From the NCBI RefSeq assembly GCF_018977255.1, contig NW_024704743.1:39744001-39808000 (forward strand): a DNA stretch of 64,000 bases, given 5' to 3'. Below are positions 37,701-51,460 of the stretch, one piece after another; within the stretch, counting starts at the first letter, position 1; each line of letters opens with the position of its first letter. The position numbers were made by a program, and so were the translations under genes. Below the pieces are notes generated by a model, which was not told the DNA's origin, did no database searches, and was given only the letters and a program-made list of their open reading frames with translations. The stretch comes from Callorhinchus milii (taxonomy: Eukaryota).

Positions 37701-40700
37701 ATATTAATAATCCTTGTATTTAATATAGCACCTTTCACAGGAAGAAATCTCGAAAGACTTCACAGAATTTATTGTAAATTGTATTGACTGTGTTTTGTGG
37801 ATGAATGATAAAGGAAGATTTTTTTACATGAAAGTTTTCTTTCTTTGCAGATCAGAGAAAGATGAAATTGTACCCAGAAGCACTTGACTCCAATCTAGTT
37901 TTCTCAGTGTTTCTCTCCTTCATGTTGTTTTTAGGAGGCTGAGCAAAACTTTACTTCTTAAAACAACAAGGTACTAAATGAATTCTTCAAGTAAGATCAG
38001 TTAGTATATATAATTTTCAGTTGTTTAGAGGCATCTGATTTGCACTGTTTAAGTGTAGTGCAAAAACATACTTTATGCTGTTGTTCAAATTAAAATTTCT
38101 ATGTCGATTTGTAAAAGAGGTCTAACCATATGATTGATGTAGGGAATCCTGAATAGATGATAATGCTTGATAAAGGAGATTTATCTGAAACAGGTTAAAT
38201 GCATTACCTTACAACATTGAACATGTGGCATCTCTGCTTAGTGGCTATTCTGATGATACTACATTCATTGATAATACAACTCAATGAATGTTCCCAGTCT
38301 CAGCAATCAGTACCATAGTCATTGGTTCTATTTCTTGTTAGATGTGTAGTTTGAAACCTGACATCAATGTTGATTCCATATTATTAGAATTAATATGGAG
38401 CTTTTTTTTGAAATGCACACAACATTTATGTCTGCTTACATAATTTGTAAATGTACAATCTGTAGACATCACACTTTGTGCCAGTATAAGTATTTATAAG
38501 GACCATTGCTGTATAGTCTAATACACCTGTAGAAAGAAGGTTTTCATATATTTTATGTTTGGATAAAGGGCACAGCTATATACAATAATTGCATTTTGCA
38601 CATTTCTAAAAAGTGCACTGAAGTAGATATTTGTATGTGCACATACAAACCTGCTAACCTGCACTTCAAAATGTATCCAGGGAGTTATTATTAGTTAATG
38701 CATTTAACAATATAATAATAATAATATATAATAATAATCCTTGCATTTGATATAGTGCTTTTCATGTCTTCTCAACGTCTCAAAGTGCTTCACAGACTAG
38801 AATGTAAAGTGAATTGACCGTATATTTGTGGGCGCATTTAATGTTAATGCAAACAACAATGCTCCAAGCTGCTTAGCACTCTTGGCGAAAGATACTATAT
38901 CATACATAAATTGTATTATTATTATTAAAACGTTATGCAATGGGATTAACTCAACCCATTGCACAAACGCTCCTAATGTTATTCCATGAGTTTTGTGCAG
39001 CTAAAAGGTTTTCTAAAGACTGCTAAAATTGACACTATTATTCCTGACACGAATGCAATCTATAAATTATCAATAATTGGCAATAGGAAATTAGTTTGAA
39101 GGTTTTCAATGCAAGTTGGGCATAAATATAAGAACCTCAGTTAATCCCTTGATGATATAATTTACAGGATTCATACCACGAATATTCCCAGCTGGGGGAC
39201 AAATTTAAATGTCACTGCTACCTTTATGTACCATTAACAGACATTTTATTAATAATTAACTAGTTTCTTCTTTTAATTTTAATTGAAACCATAAAACTAA
39301 ATGATCACTTGCATCATATTTCAGCACACTTCTGAAATGCAAAGAACACTATCTTTTGAGTGCTCAAATTTCATTAAAATTCCAACGATTTTTTTAAAGA
39401 TACAATTTTTGTTTTATGACTGGTCACAAGGCTCCACATAGTCAGAATTGAAAGCTGAATAGAGCATTCCATGGTTAGATGTGCAATCAGACCACAGCTC
39501 ACATCATTCATGGAGGTTTTAATAACGAATAAACTACAAACCAGTTGCACAATGGAAGATGAATTCACACATATTCAGGTGACTGAATGTCAAGAGATGT
39601 TAAAATTAATTTGTACCTTAAGACTGTTTAGCTAATTACAAGGTTCCCCCGTGCAATGTTATTCTGTAGTAAAGTGAGAAATACACACAGACTGGCTTGA
39701 CCTTTGATGGACAAAGTGTAATTGAAAAGAGGACAGTAGGATATTTAGAGTGTTATTTCTGTACTATGAAAACCTATCAAAATTCAACAAAAGCATTATA
39801 GTAATCCTTGCATTTGATATAGCGCTTTTCACGTCTTATGGTATGGCTGTGAAATCCATTGTAGAATAAGACAGTAAAAAGTAACATCTGATAATTTGTA
39901 AGCAATCTCAATTCAGAAGAACTAAAATAGATTGATAATTTCAGTTGAAATTCTCAGCCATGTTAGCTTATCACATTTGTCACAAGAAGAATCATGTTGC
40001 AAAATCTCTTGAGGCAACAATCACTTACAGAAATATTCAGGTTCTAGGAATGAGTTTTCCAGCTTCTAAAAATCTTCCATGTCAAGTAAGCTTTCTAAGA
40101 AGGGATATTTTATCACATTGTGAGCATCCTTGGATGTGTCATTTCAGCTGGAAAGAAGAGATGACAATGTCCAAGAAGACAAGCTGTATCTTCCTGTTTG
40201 CTCAATAATGGACAGTAGAATAGAATCAGAGCCACACAAAAAACAGAGAAAAATAACAAAATAAAACATCTATTTCAGAACTTCCTGTGGAGAGTTAATG
40301 GTGGTATTCAACACCTATTTTTTCAATCACTTCCCCCCACCTATCTCTCCTTCTTCCCTTATTAGACTTTACTTTCTCAGATTCTAAGGAAATGCTACAG
40401 AATGTTAAATTCGAATGTATGTTAAGAAAATATTGCAAAGTCAATGGTTTGTTTTTTCCTACCAATTTTTTCTCTCCTTCCTCAAGTGTTGAGTATATTT
40501 ATTATCTGTTGTCAGGTGTGACCCTTGACAATGAGTGTTGGTGGGCTTGTTGTATGCTGTGCACCACAGCCAAGCTTGATATTGATGATGATAATAATGA
40601 TAATAATCCTTACATTTGGGATAGCACCTTTCACATTGCAAGTACATCCCAAAGCACTTCACAACTATAGTGTAAAGTGTAGTGGCTGTGTCTTTATTAA

Positions 40701-40924
40701 GAGAGTATGTAACTGCAGCCAATTTGTGCACAGCAGTGTATCACAAACAACCATGAAGCAAATGATAACTGTTGTTTGGAGGATTGCTGGCCGTATCACA
40801 GTCTATCATGATATGAATAATTAAAGTTTAAAGGGGTTATGAGCTTCTGTATTTCAGACAGATAGCTCTGCAGTGGGGTGAATAAAATTGCTGGAAATGA
40901 ACATTCTTCTCAAGATAACCAAGA

Positions 40925-41152
40925 AACCTTGGGCAAGCTTCCTTACTCCACACGCCTAATAATAATCCCTCCAAAAACCAAAAACAATAATAAATTGGTC
41001 ATTTTAAATCTATGACTGTTTGTGGGACATTGCTGTGCGCAATTGGCTGCCGCGTTCGCCCACAAATATACAGTCAATTCACTTTACAGTGTGTTCTGTG
41101 AAGCGCTTTGGGACGTCTTCCCGAAGTGAAAAGCGCTATATCAAATGTAAGG

Positions 41153-41190
<38 letters not shown>
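40925..41190 (+). mobile_element. tRNA-derived SINE, short subfamily, 5'-truncated, long (ATT)n tail
   Basis: Near-identical to 2030-2272. About 12 ATT repeats. Confidence 0.92.
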
Positions 41191-41193
<3 letters not shown>

Positions 41194-41859
41194 CCGTAAT
41201 TTGTGACAGAACATCACAAGCTCTCCAAAACATGTGAATTGTTTGTGTAATGATGGTTTATTCCTGAAATCACAGAATGTAGAAAACTTATTCCCAAAAT
41301 GTAGAATGCAACTGCCCTCAGCCATGTTACTGTAACATATGGTTTAATTTCAAAACTCATATCCATTAAGAATTTACCTGGTGCATAGACGTGGATTCCC
41401 TTAGCCGATATGCAATCTCTATGAAATCAGGTTGGGATCACTACAATACAAATGTACATTGATACAGTGCTTTTCATGTTGGAAGGACGTCCCAAGGCGT
41501 TGGATAGTCTAACGTGTGCACCCGAGCTGGGGTACAAGCTAGAGAGCGAACTAATCACTGGATTGTGGTATTCGACCATAGGTCATAATAATCATAAGAA
41601 AGTAAGAAATGCTAGATGTAAAAAGACCAAGGTTCATCTAGTTTGCCTTGCACCTTCTCTGGCGGCTTCTATCATCCTTGCATTTGATATAGTACCTCAT
41701 TACATTGGCAAGATGTCTAAAAGTGCTTCACAAAATTTCTGCTTCACTGTGGAGTGTATTTGTACACAAATTGCAACAATGTGTAGCCAATATACACACA
41801 GCAATATACCACAACAGCTCTGAAATGAATGTTTTATCTTGGGGGAATGTTGACCTCTG

Positions 41860-42385
41860 CACCCTCATCTTACCAGTTCTCAGGCTTCACTGGCTCCCTG
41901 TTCCAGAACTGATTGATTCCGCCCACAAAATATACAGTCAATTCAGTTTGCAGCATATTCTGTGAAGCGCTTTGAGACGTCTCGGAGATGTAATAAGACG
42001 CTATATCAAATGCAAGGATTTTTATTATTTTTCAAGATCCTCATTTTCACTTTCAAATCTCTTCACACCCTGGCTCATCACTTCCTCTCTGATCTGCCCA
42101 CACCCAACTCCTCTTTCCACTGCTTCCGCACAGCTGGCTTAGATCTTCTGCATGTCCCTCGTCCCCTTCGCTCCACCATCGGCAGCCGTGCTTTCAGCCA
42201 CAATGCCCCGAATCTCCAGAACTCCTCCACTCAATCCCTCCATCTTGCCCTCTCTTCAAATCACACCTGAAGACTTTCCTCTTCAACCATGCCTTTAGTC
42301 ACCAACCCTCTGTTTCCAGCTCAGCATCAAACCACTCCAGGAATGCTATCCACGTAAAGGACACTATATAAATGCAAATTGTTGC
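41860..42385 (+). mobile_element. L2 3' fragment with a SINE 3' fragment nested at ~41917-42030
   Basis: LHWLPVP..ID / FKILIFTFKSLH continues after the SINE tail. Confidence 0.8.
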
Positions 42386-44098
42386 AATCTTCAATGATTT
42401 TTTAGTACAGTGCACCATGAAGCTGTCAGAAATGGGACAAATACAAAAGTTCCAGTAACTGAAGCATTTTATTTCCTTGCTTGCTTTACATGCATGGAAA
42501 ATAAAATTGCAGAATTAAAAATATATTTCTTGGAAAATAAGAAGAGGAACATCAATTTGGTAGGTAATGAAGTGGCTCTATTGTAGATAGTAGGGTAATA
42601 AGATTGTGTTGTGTACTGTTTCAACACTTATGATGATTTACCAGAAACAACAGTCTTTAACAAAAGTATCCTTCTTGAACAAATACTATTTAACCTTCAT
42701 TTTCTCACAGGCATTCTTCTGCTTGCGACAAATAGCATTATCATATTTTGATGAACTATGAAATTCGGTTACGCTGAAATAAACAAAAACTATAGGTTTA
42801 CATTTGACTTCTACGTACCTTTGTCTGAAAATAGAAACTAAAAAAAGTTTTATAACATAATTAATCCAGAGAACTGCATTTTAGTTTAAATATATCTACT
42901 TTAACAGTGTAATGTAATTTGCCTACAAAAAACAGTGATACCATTTTACAGTAAAATCCAGTGAAGCACTTTGAGACATCCTCCAACATAAAAGGAGCAA
43001 TATCAAATGCAAGAATGGGAAGAACTCCTGTCACTAGTGGCTTGTCTCAGCCCTCTCCAAGTCCTACCAAAGAGTTGGCTGGGCTGCCATCAGAGTGCTG
43101 TGGAGCATTGTGTCTCCGGGACGTTACCCCGCACAAAGTGCACTTTTTAATTGCAAGTTATTGTTGTTGTGGATCCACAAGGCTCAGGAACTGGACTATG
43201 AAGACCCCTAAAGAGGATTGACTACTTTCTGACATTCCATTGTCAAGTAAGTCACCTTGGAGCCAGTTCAGCTCCAAGGATATCTCACTTACTTCCCTCC
43301 CAAGGATAATAATTTAATTTAGCAACAACAACTAAAAATAATACAGATCTTATAGAATTAGAAATCGCAGGTGTTATTAACATTTTGAATACATCATGTG
43401 TTGCTGAGATTAAATTGTAATGAAAAGTTACAGCATGAAATGATCCTCTTATTATTAATGTAACAATTCAGTCAAGACTACTTCTGCACAAGGATTTGTT
43501 TCACATGAATGTAATATGAGATGTATGTCTCATGCGATGCTGAATAGGACTGATTTTCTTTTCAACCACACGAAGAGAAGTTAAATGGAGAAATTGAAAC
43601 TAAAATTACAACGTCTACAAAAACATCAGGATCATACTTTCTGGACTTTATCAGAGGTTGAGAGATCTTGGTTTCCAGAAACCATCTATCAAAAACAGTA
43701 GAAAATCATCTTTCTGAATCTATTTATCAAAAACTCTGGATTTCCACCTTCCGAATTTACAATACAATGTGACCTTTCAAAACTTTGGAGAGCTCACTTT
43801 CTTCAATGCAATCCAAAATGTTCTTAAGGGAATTAGTATCAATACAAATTCCGACTTGAAAGGACACTTTCAGAAAATGTGCAAAGTTTTAGGATTTTGT
43901 CATCAGGTTTATTTCCTGTTACACTTCTGCTTTTTAAAAATATTATTTGTTGGTACTTAAAAAGAAAAAAAGAGTTTAAAACCTATGGGGAAAGTGAGGT
44001 AGAGTGATTAGTTGGTAACTCTTTCAAAGATCCAGCACAGGCGCATTGGGCTAAATAACTCCTTCTGTGTTGTATGATTCTAAATCGACGATTCTAAG

Positions 44099-44415
44099 TG
44101 GAGTCCTCAGTGTTTATAGCACTCGCTTTGCAAGTGAGAGACCTGAGTTCAATTCCAGGCAGAGGGCGAAACCTTGGGCAAGTTTCCTTACTCCACACAG
44201 AGCCTAATAATAATCCCTCCAAAACAACAACAATAATAAATTGATCATTTTCAATCCACGACTGTTTGTGGGACATTGCTGTGCGCAATTGGCTGCCGCG
44301 TTTCGCCCACAAATATATGGTCAATTCACTTTACAGTCTATTCTGTGAAGCGCTTTGAGACGTCAAGAAGAGGTGAAAAGCGCTATACTAAATACAAGGA
44401 TTATTATTGTTATTA
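44099..44415 (+). mobile_element. tRNA-derived SINE, short subfamily, directly after a CR1 tail (~43960-44095)
   Basis: cactcgctttgcaagtgagagacctgagttcaattcc head, short body, tail. Confidence 0.92.
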
Positions 44416-46329
44416 AAACAATTCAAAGATCAGATTTTTATTTTAAAAAATCACGTTGCTGAGTAAAATATGCATAATATCCACATACGTAAAATATATA
44501 TACTTACATATGAGGTTCATCATATGAGATTACATTGCACGCTTCAATCAGAAAAGAAAGAGAAAAATACTGTTTATAATAATCCTTATTTCTATACCAC
44601 TAATAATGTCTGACACACTTCATAAGTGTAATGACTGTGCACTTGTAGGTGAATGCAGTTGTCAATTTGCACAAGTAATATCCTACAAACAGCCATGATG
44701 GGATGTTGAGCCAAGGTTAGGGTGGACATTATAGAGCCTGCGGTCTTGTTTGCATTGGGGTGGGGGGCGGTGGGGAGGGTTGCCTCCTGGTGTCCTGGCC
44801 AACAATCCTATGCAAGTGGTTCACTTCTTGGCTGTTTGCAGGAACTTGTGTGTACATATTGGATGGCTGTGACATTTACAATCCAATACAAAATTACATT
44901 TGTAAAGCGCCTTTCATTTGTTCAGTAACTAGGCTTGGCAACAATTCCATGTGAAGTGCTTTGAGCCTGTTGAAGACACTGTATCATATGCAAGGATTGT
45001 AATTCTTTACATTAAAACTACACCACCACCCCCTAGTTCCTGAGCACTCACAATATTCACACTCTTTCAATGTTTGTTTTGAGTTACGAGCTGACCCCAA
45101 GATCTCTGGACTCAAGTCAGAGCCATACTATGAGGGAGAACAGGGAGAATATATTTCCTCTGATTGTTGAGCCGATATCTAAACTGACATAAATTTAAAG
45201 TAATTTCCAAAAGAGCAAAGGGAGAGGTTCATAGAAATTTTCAGCAAGCAATAAATCTGGTTCTAACATCCTATAAACATTATAAATAATATCTCTGCAG
45301 CATATTGTAGAGGGAACTATGTTAGTATTAATGTACTTTGGTTGGGGTATCTGGAACAACTTGTGAATTGGATAAAGTAGAAGGAATGATACCATGATTC
45401 ATATTGGCAGAAAAATTGCAGTATGAATAACATGAGACTGGTGATAATTAAGTAAGTATTGTCATCCAAATTATTTGATAAGTTAAAAATATCACCGTGC
45501 TTTAAGGGATAACAAAAATAGCTAATATATCCTTTTATCTTTCTGTCTGTGTCAGGATTTTAATATATTTTTCAGTGAGTTATAAATAACAATAGTTTAG
45601 GCATGATTTGCAGAATCTGATAATGCAAAGGAGTAATATCAGTAGAGATCATTAACCAACGATTTTATAGCAGTCAAATTATTGTGTGCATTGATTTTGT
45701 TTTCCAATAAAGAATTGCTCACTAGAGATATTCAAAGCCGGTCACTGTACCTCAATCATCAGCTTTTCCTGTTTGAAGTAAGTGGTTCAAACAAATCAAA
45801 ACAAATTGACATGGAGAACTAAACCAAAGGATGCGAAAGTTACTTACAATTCTGGTAACTGGTGCTGAGATTCTCTTGGATGAATATACATAACTTTATT
45901 GTATTCCCTAATATCAAGATCCTCATTCAAACTTGAAATGGCACAAAACAAAGAGGTGCTTTTAGAGAACTATGAGATGCCTTTTTAAAATACAGAAGTG
46001 ATTCCTCTGCTTTGTATTCTAAAGTTCACATCCCAGGTTCTAAACAAGTTTGAAAAATACTGATGGAGAAGCAGTTGGATTTTAGTCACAGGTCATGCTA
46101 AATTTACCTTTATCCACAATCCAGGACTGTTTGTGGAACACTGCTGTAAGCAATCGCCTGCGTGTTTCGCCTCCAAAATATATAGTCAATTCACTTTACA
46201 GTATATTCTGTGAAGTTGTTTGAGACGTACAACTAACATATCAACATGGACATTTTATAATTTAAAGAAATAATTTGGATTATTCTACTGTAATGTCACA
46301 TTGCAAAACACTTCACAGGTAATCACAAT

Positions 46330-46742
46330 AAATAGTAAGAATCCTTGCATTTGATATAGTGCCTTATCATGTCATCGTCGACATGTCTCGAAGCACTTCA
46401 CAGGATATACTGTAAAGTATTTTTCACTGTGTATTTTGTGGGTGACACATGGCAGCCAATTTGTGCACATCAATGTACCACAAACAATCATGAAGTGAAT
46501 GTCCAATTTTATTTGGGGGATTTATTGGCCAGGACATTGGGAAAAAACCCTTTCTTTTCAAATAGTGTCTTGGGATCTATAACATCCACCTGAACAAGCA
46601 GTCAGGAAGATGTTTTACCAATTCATTGATGGACAGTGTCTCTAATTGGAATCAATCTAGATTATGAGATCAAATCCTAAAATAGGCCTTGAATACCCTA
46701 TGCCTCAGCATTGAAAGTGATACCAACTGAGCTAAACTGATG
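46330..46742 (-). mobile_element. DeuSINE
   Basis: ttggccaggaca..atagtgtcttgggatctataacatccacctgaac, the antisense Deu core. Confidence 0.72.
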
Positions 46743-49204
46743 TCCAAATGTCTGGGTTACCATAGGGTTCCTGCTGCCTGGAAAATCATAGCATAAATAT
46801 CTCCCTACAGAAGAGGACAGGATATTGAAAAAAGAGAAAAAATGATACTATCATAAATAATATAAGCATGTACATTTAACGTAATTAAGTTTTGAAATGG
46901 GCCTTCAACTTTTCTGCATGATTTTAAAGCTGGTGTTAATGCACTCTGAGATGAAATAACATTATATACCTATACTAATAATAACCCCAACAATGATTGA
47001 GGCAACTTTACATTTAAAGTGGACCCATTATTCGTTCCTTTTTAATGTCGCTGAAACAGAAAGTTAGCATTTTCAGTAAATTCTGTCATTCTTTCTGAGA
47101 TCCTCATCAATGCATTAAAGAAACAATAGACTATTTTGGCACTTAGAATATAGTCCTGCAAAACAATTTGTTCTGTGCATGAATGAAGATGCTATTGTGG
47201 AAGCTTTTAAGATTATATTGTATTGCCATATCTTGTTTTATAGCCAGTTTGAAAATAACAATAGTGTTTGGGGTTATGCTTTAGCAGATAATCCATACAT
47301 AAAATTAACCTTCTTATTGGATTTTCACATGGCAGCAAAAAAACGCACTTCACGTCCCATCAATAAGAAGGCAACCTGAAGCTGCAACCGAACTATATGT
47401 AATTCAAACAAGATTGTTCTTGTTATTCCTGTTTTATTCCTCCAGTGCCTGAACTTTCAGCGCTACTTCCTTCCAATTCTCAGTGGCCTCTATTATTTCC
47501 CATCTCCCTTCAGCTTCAACTTCTCTTTCTATGAATCCTGAACTAATCCTGAGGAACCCTGAATTCTCTTTCTGCTGGAATGATTTATAATCCCGGTGCT
47601 CTGAGTCTCTATCCTCCATGAAGGGCACTATATAATTGCAAGTTGATATCCTTCTTGTTAATGGTCTCAACATCTTGACCATAGTTACTATCAAATAGGT
47701 GAGTTTTATGGTGGAATTTAAATAAGGAGGGAAAGGTTGAGATGGAGAAATAGAGGCAGGGAGTTCTGGAGGTTAGGGGCGTAGTGACTGAAGGTGCTCA
47801 GCACACTTGTATTAGCTGAGCGAAGTGGACAAGCAGAGCAGTGAGTATGAGAAGGCAGATAACTCAGAACCTCTCATAATTATCGTATTTTACACTTCCG
47901 TTACTAATGTACAGTGGTTTATGACCCATTAGTTTGTCGACATGTGTGCAATTGCTATAGTGCTGTGATGTTATGTATTGTCATAACATAATCAATGAAT
48001 ATATAATTGTAATATTATTCAACTTCCATACCAGAATGGTTTACAGATCACTTAATGATCTGCATGGTAATAGTTTTGCTTTAATCATAAGTCTAGTTAC
48101 TGTTATCCCAGCAACCATTTAAGAAGATGTAAACATCACAGTTATTTCTTCACTCTGCTCCTTTCTTTGATCAGATGTCCGTGGCTACATCAATATCTCT
48201 CACCTCCCTTGTTTCTACAATAGATGCATTAGTCTTACCCTGCACAGTAGCTCGATTCTAACTAACAATATCACGTGTCACATTCTTTTGAGAAATACCC
48301 ACTGGATTTCTATTGATTCTTCAAAACTCCACTCCAGAAGTAGATTGTATCGGAGGATCAGTGGGATCAGTGTGAAGCGCATTCTGTTACCTGAAGCAGT
48401 ATTTGTGTGCCTTCCCACTGTATGACTCAGATTTCTTATTAAGGAATGTATTTTATATTCCAACAGCATCGCCTCCTTTAAGCTCTGGAAATAAATGGTT
48501 TAATTTTGTAATAGCCCAGCTTGTGTTTCTGTTCGCATCAGTTGCTTCTTTATCTTTATTGGAGTTCATTTACTTTATTGGTGTGTGGTGAATGGCAGTT
48601 TACACTTGAATTGCCTATTCGCTGCACTTTCTCCAACATGCATACAAAAGAAGTTTCATATGCTGAAGTATTGATCGCTTCCATTCTTACTGGACAATTT
48701 ATATAGTCTCTGCTTTCTAATATGATTGTTATTTTACTTGGAATTTTATTGGCAATATTAAAATATACATTAACACCCACTCCAATGAAAACTTTCCAGA
48801 TTCCTTCATTCTGTTTTCTTATGTTATTCCATACGCCTGGAATGGCATAAATTAAATCTGTATGGTTCTTAAGAACAGGAAATTGTGGTGTTTCAAAGTG
48901 TGTAGCTATGTATTATGAACTAATTATCCTTGTTCTGTAAGTCAGAAAGAGATGCCTAAGATTTGCTGAGCACTGGACACAAAGAACCATAATATTCAGT
49001 CATTCGTAAATCCCACATTTCCCATTAGTTTACTCTTCATTAATTTTCACCTTCCCACCACTTCTAAAGGCATTTTAACTTCTCCTGATTTTCAATTGGA
49101 GGGGAGATGTTGTTCTGTGGGTGATAATTACTTACTGATAGCTCACTGCCAAGACTTGAACATTCCCTGCTTTGCACAGATATCAGGTTGGCTCAGTCTG
49201 ATAA

Positions 49205-49590
49205 CACAGTAGTAGTAATAATAATAATCCTTGCATTTGGTATAGTACCTTATTACATCTTCTTGATGTCTCAAAGTGCTTCACGGAATATACTGCAAAG
49301 GGAATTGATTGTATATTTTGTAGGCAAAACTCAGCAGTTGATTGTGCACAGCAGTGTCCCACAAATAGCAGTGGATTGAGTGACCAATTTATTATTATTG
49401 TTTTTGAGGGATTATTATTCCTGGAAAAGTGATCTGCCAATCGACCAACAACCGGGTTCCTACTTATTGATAGGTAAACAGAGGAGTGTAGAGCAAGGAA
49501 ACTTGCCCAACGTTTCGCCCTGCCCGGGTATCGATCCCTGGTCCTCTTGCTTGCGAGGCAAGTGCTCTAACCACTGAGCTACTCCTGTAG
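49205..49590 (-). mobile_element. tRNA-derived SINE, long subfamily, near full length
   Basis: Minus-strand head gtagctcagtggttagagcacttgcctcgcaagcaagaggaccagggatcgatacc, then the full body. Confidence 0.92.
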
Positions 49591-50622
49591 TAGGAAACTG
49601 AATGGGACTCGGATGAATGTACGACTGTACAATCGCCGATTGTATAATAGCTGATTATACAATTTATAAAGATAAGACTGATATGAATTTTAGTGTATAT
49701 TCTTATAAAGCATATAACATAAGAACATAAGAAATGCTGGACGAAAAAAGACCAAAGACCATCTAGTTCACCTTCCACCTTCCTGGCGGTCGTTTGCACA
49801 TATGTCCCAAACTACCTATGTACTATATCCCAAAATCTTATTTCCCAAAAGAAAAATATAAGAAATATATTGCATCCTGGACATCATGAGCCAGGCACCA
49901 GGGCTTGCAGGCAGTGCCTGCCACCCCTCTCACAGACCCACGCACTCCAATCCTCTCCTGCTCTTACCATTAACTAACCTAGGGCCTGGCCAGGGTCTCC
50001 ACTCTGCTTAGTCCAGCCCCAGACAGAGAGCGATGGGGTGTCAGCACTCCTTAAGAAGGTAGAGACTCCCCCTCGAGCCTTTCTGTCCTGGGGTCTTAGT
50101 GCCCACTACAGTATATATAAGAATGAATAAATATATGTGATTATAAAAATAAATGATATCATGTTAAATTTATATAATATATAATTGAATTATAGGATAT
50201 CACAAGATACAAAGTCATTCCAATTTACAGTATATCCTGTGAAGTGCTTTGAGACGTTTCGATGACGTGAAAACGCTACATCAAATGTAAGGATTATTAT
50301 TATCATTGTTATTATTATTATTGTTATTATGTGCCTATCTGCTCCTGTTGTTGCCTCCTTTTTTGGGGTGCGTGGCTCCACAGATACTGGTTACCCTTCT
50401 GTACTCTTCCCGTGTCGATTGTTCTTGAGTGTCTTCACAGTGAGTGTTGGCAGGTCATTTGACTAATAGTGTGTCTACAGTCAAATGGCAGCTGGGCCTG
50501 ACACCTCTCCACCTGGCTGCCAGACACACAAATACACACACACAACCATCAACCCAAGTGGTCCATCCCTTTGGCTGCTGTGGGCTGCATTCCCTATTTG
50601 AGAAAAGTCCGCAGGCCTCATC

Positions 50623-51460
50623 CAGCGTGGGCCAACTGGTGGCCCGCGGGCCGCATGCGGCCAGAGACAATTGTTGATATTCCAACCAGCTCCCTCCCTC
50701 CCTGGTGAACATCCTCCAAGGACAGCGGCTAGAGCCAGAGGTTGGGAGGACTTAGTGCGCAGACCCTTTACTGCGGTCTGTCGGGAAGGCAAGCGCGTTT
50801 CTTACCAACCCTGTCCTCAGCAACCAACTGCCAGCTCCTGCCACTGCAGATAGTGACCCGTGCCTCGTCGAGAGAGTGGGGGGGGGAGAGAGTGGGGGAA
50901 GGGAGCGGTGGGGGAGGAGAGGGGAGAGAGAGAGAGAAGGGGGGAACAAAACAGGGTGAAGGAGAAGTGGAGGGGGGAGAGGCGGAGGACACTCTTTCTC
51001 CCCACCTCTCTCTCAGACACTATCTCTCTCATCTAACACACACACTCTCTCAATTAGTCTCTCTCGCTCCCCTTCTCACACCCTCTCACACTACCCCTCC
51101 CATCACTCTCTACCCCCTCTCCTCTCCCGCCCTCCCCCTACTCTATTTCCCCCATCATCTCCCCGTCTCCTCTCTCCCTCCTTCTACCCCTATTCTACCT
51201 CCCACCACTTCTGTACCCCCTCCTCTCTTTCCCCCTTTGTCTCTCTCTCCCCCCTCCTCCCCCTCTCTTCCCCCACCCTCTCTCCAAGCGCGGGTCACTA
51301 TCTGCAGTGGTAGGAGCCGGTGGGTTACTTGATAAGGACAGAGTTGGTAAGAGACGCACTTGCCTTCCTGACAGACTGCAGTAAAGATTCTGCCTGCTGC
51401 GTCCCCCCAATGTGGAATGGTGGAAACGGGCCACATAAACTCACCTGTTGGACTACACTG
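50623..51460. mobile_element. Non-autonomous hAT-like foldback DNA element with a large internal palindrome
   Basis: Imperfect termini: cagcgtgggccaactggtg vs the reverse complement of the right end, cagtgtagtccaacaggtg. Subterminal ggcccgcgggccgcatgcggcc motif. Inverted arms at ~50760-50880 and ~51271-51393. No clear TSD. Confidence 0.65.

Noticed and set aside
38931..38970. 9-bp hairpin tgcaatggg..cccattgca, and small palindromes near 49628-49665
   Set aside because: Short enough to occur by chance in 64 kb, with no supporting context.
50742..51436. G/E-rich and P/L/S-rich ORFs on both strands
   Set aside because: They are by-products of the palindromic purine and pyrimidine tracts.
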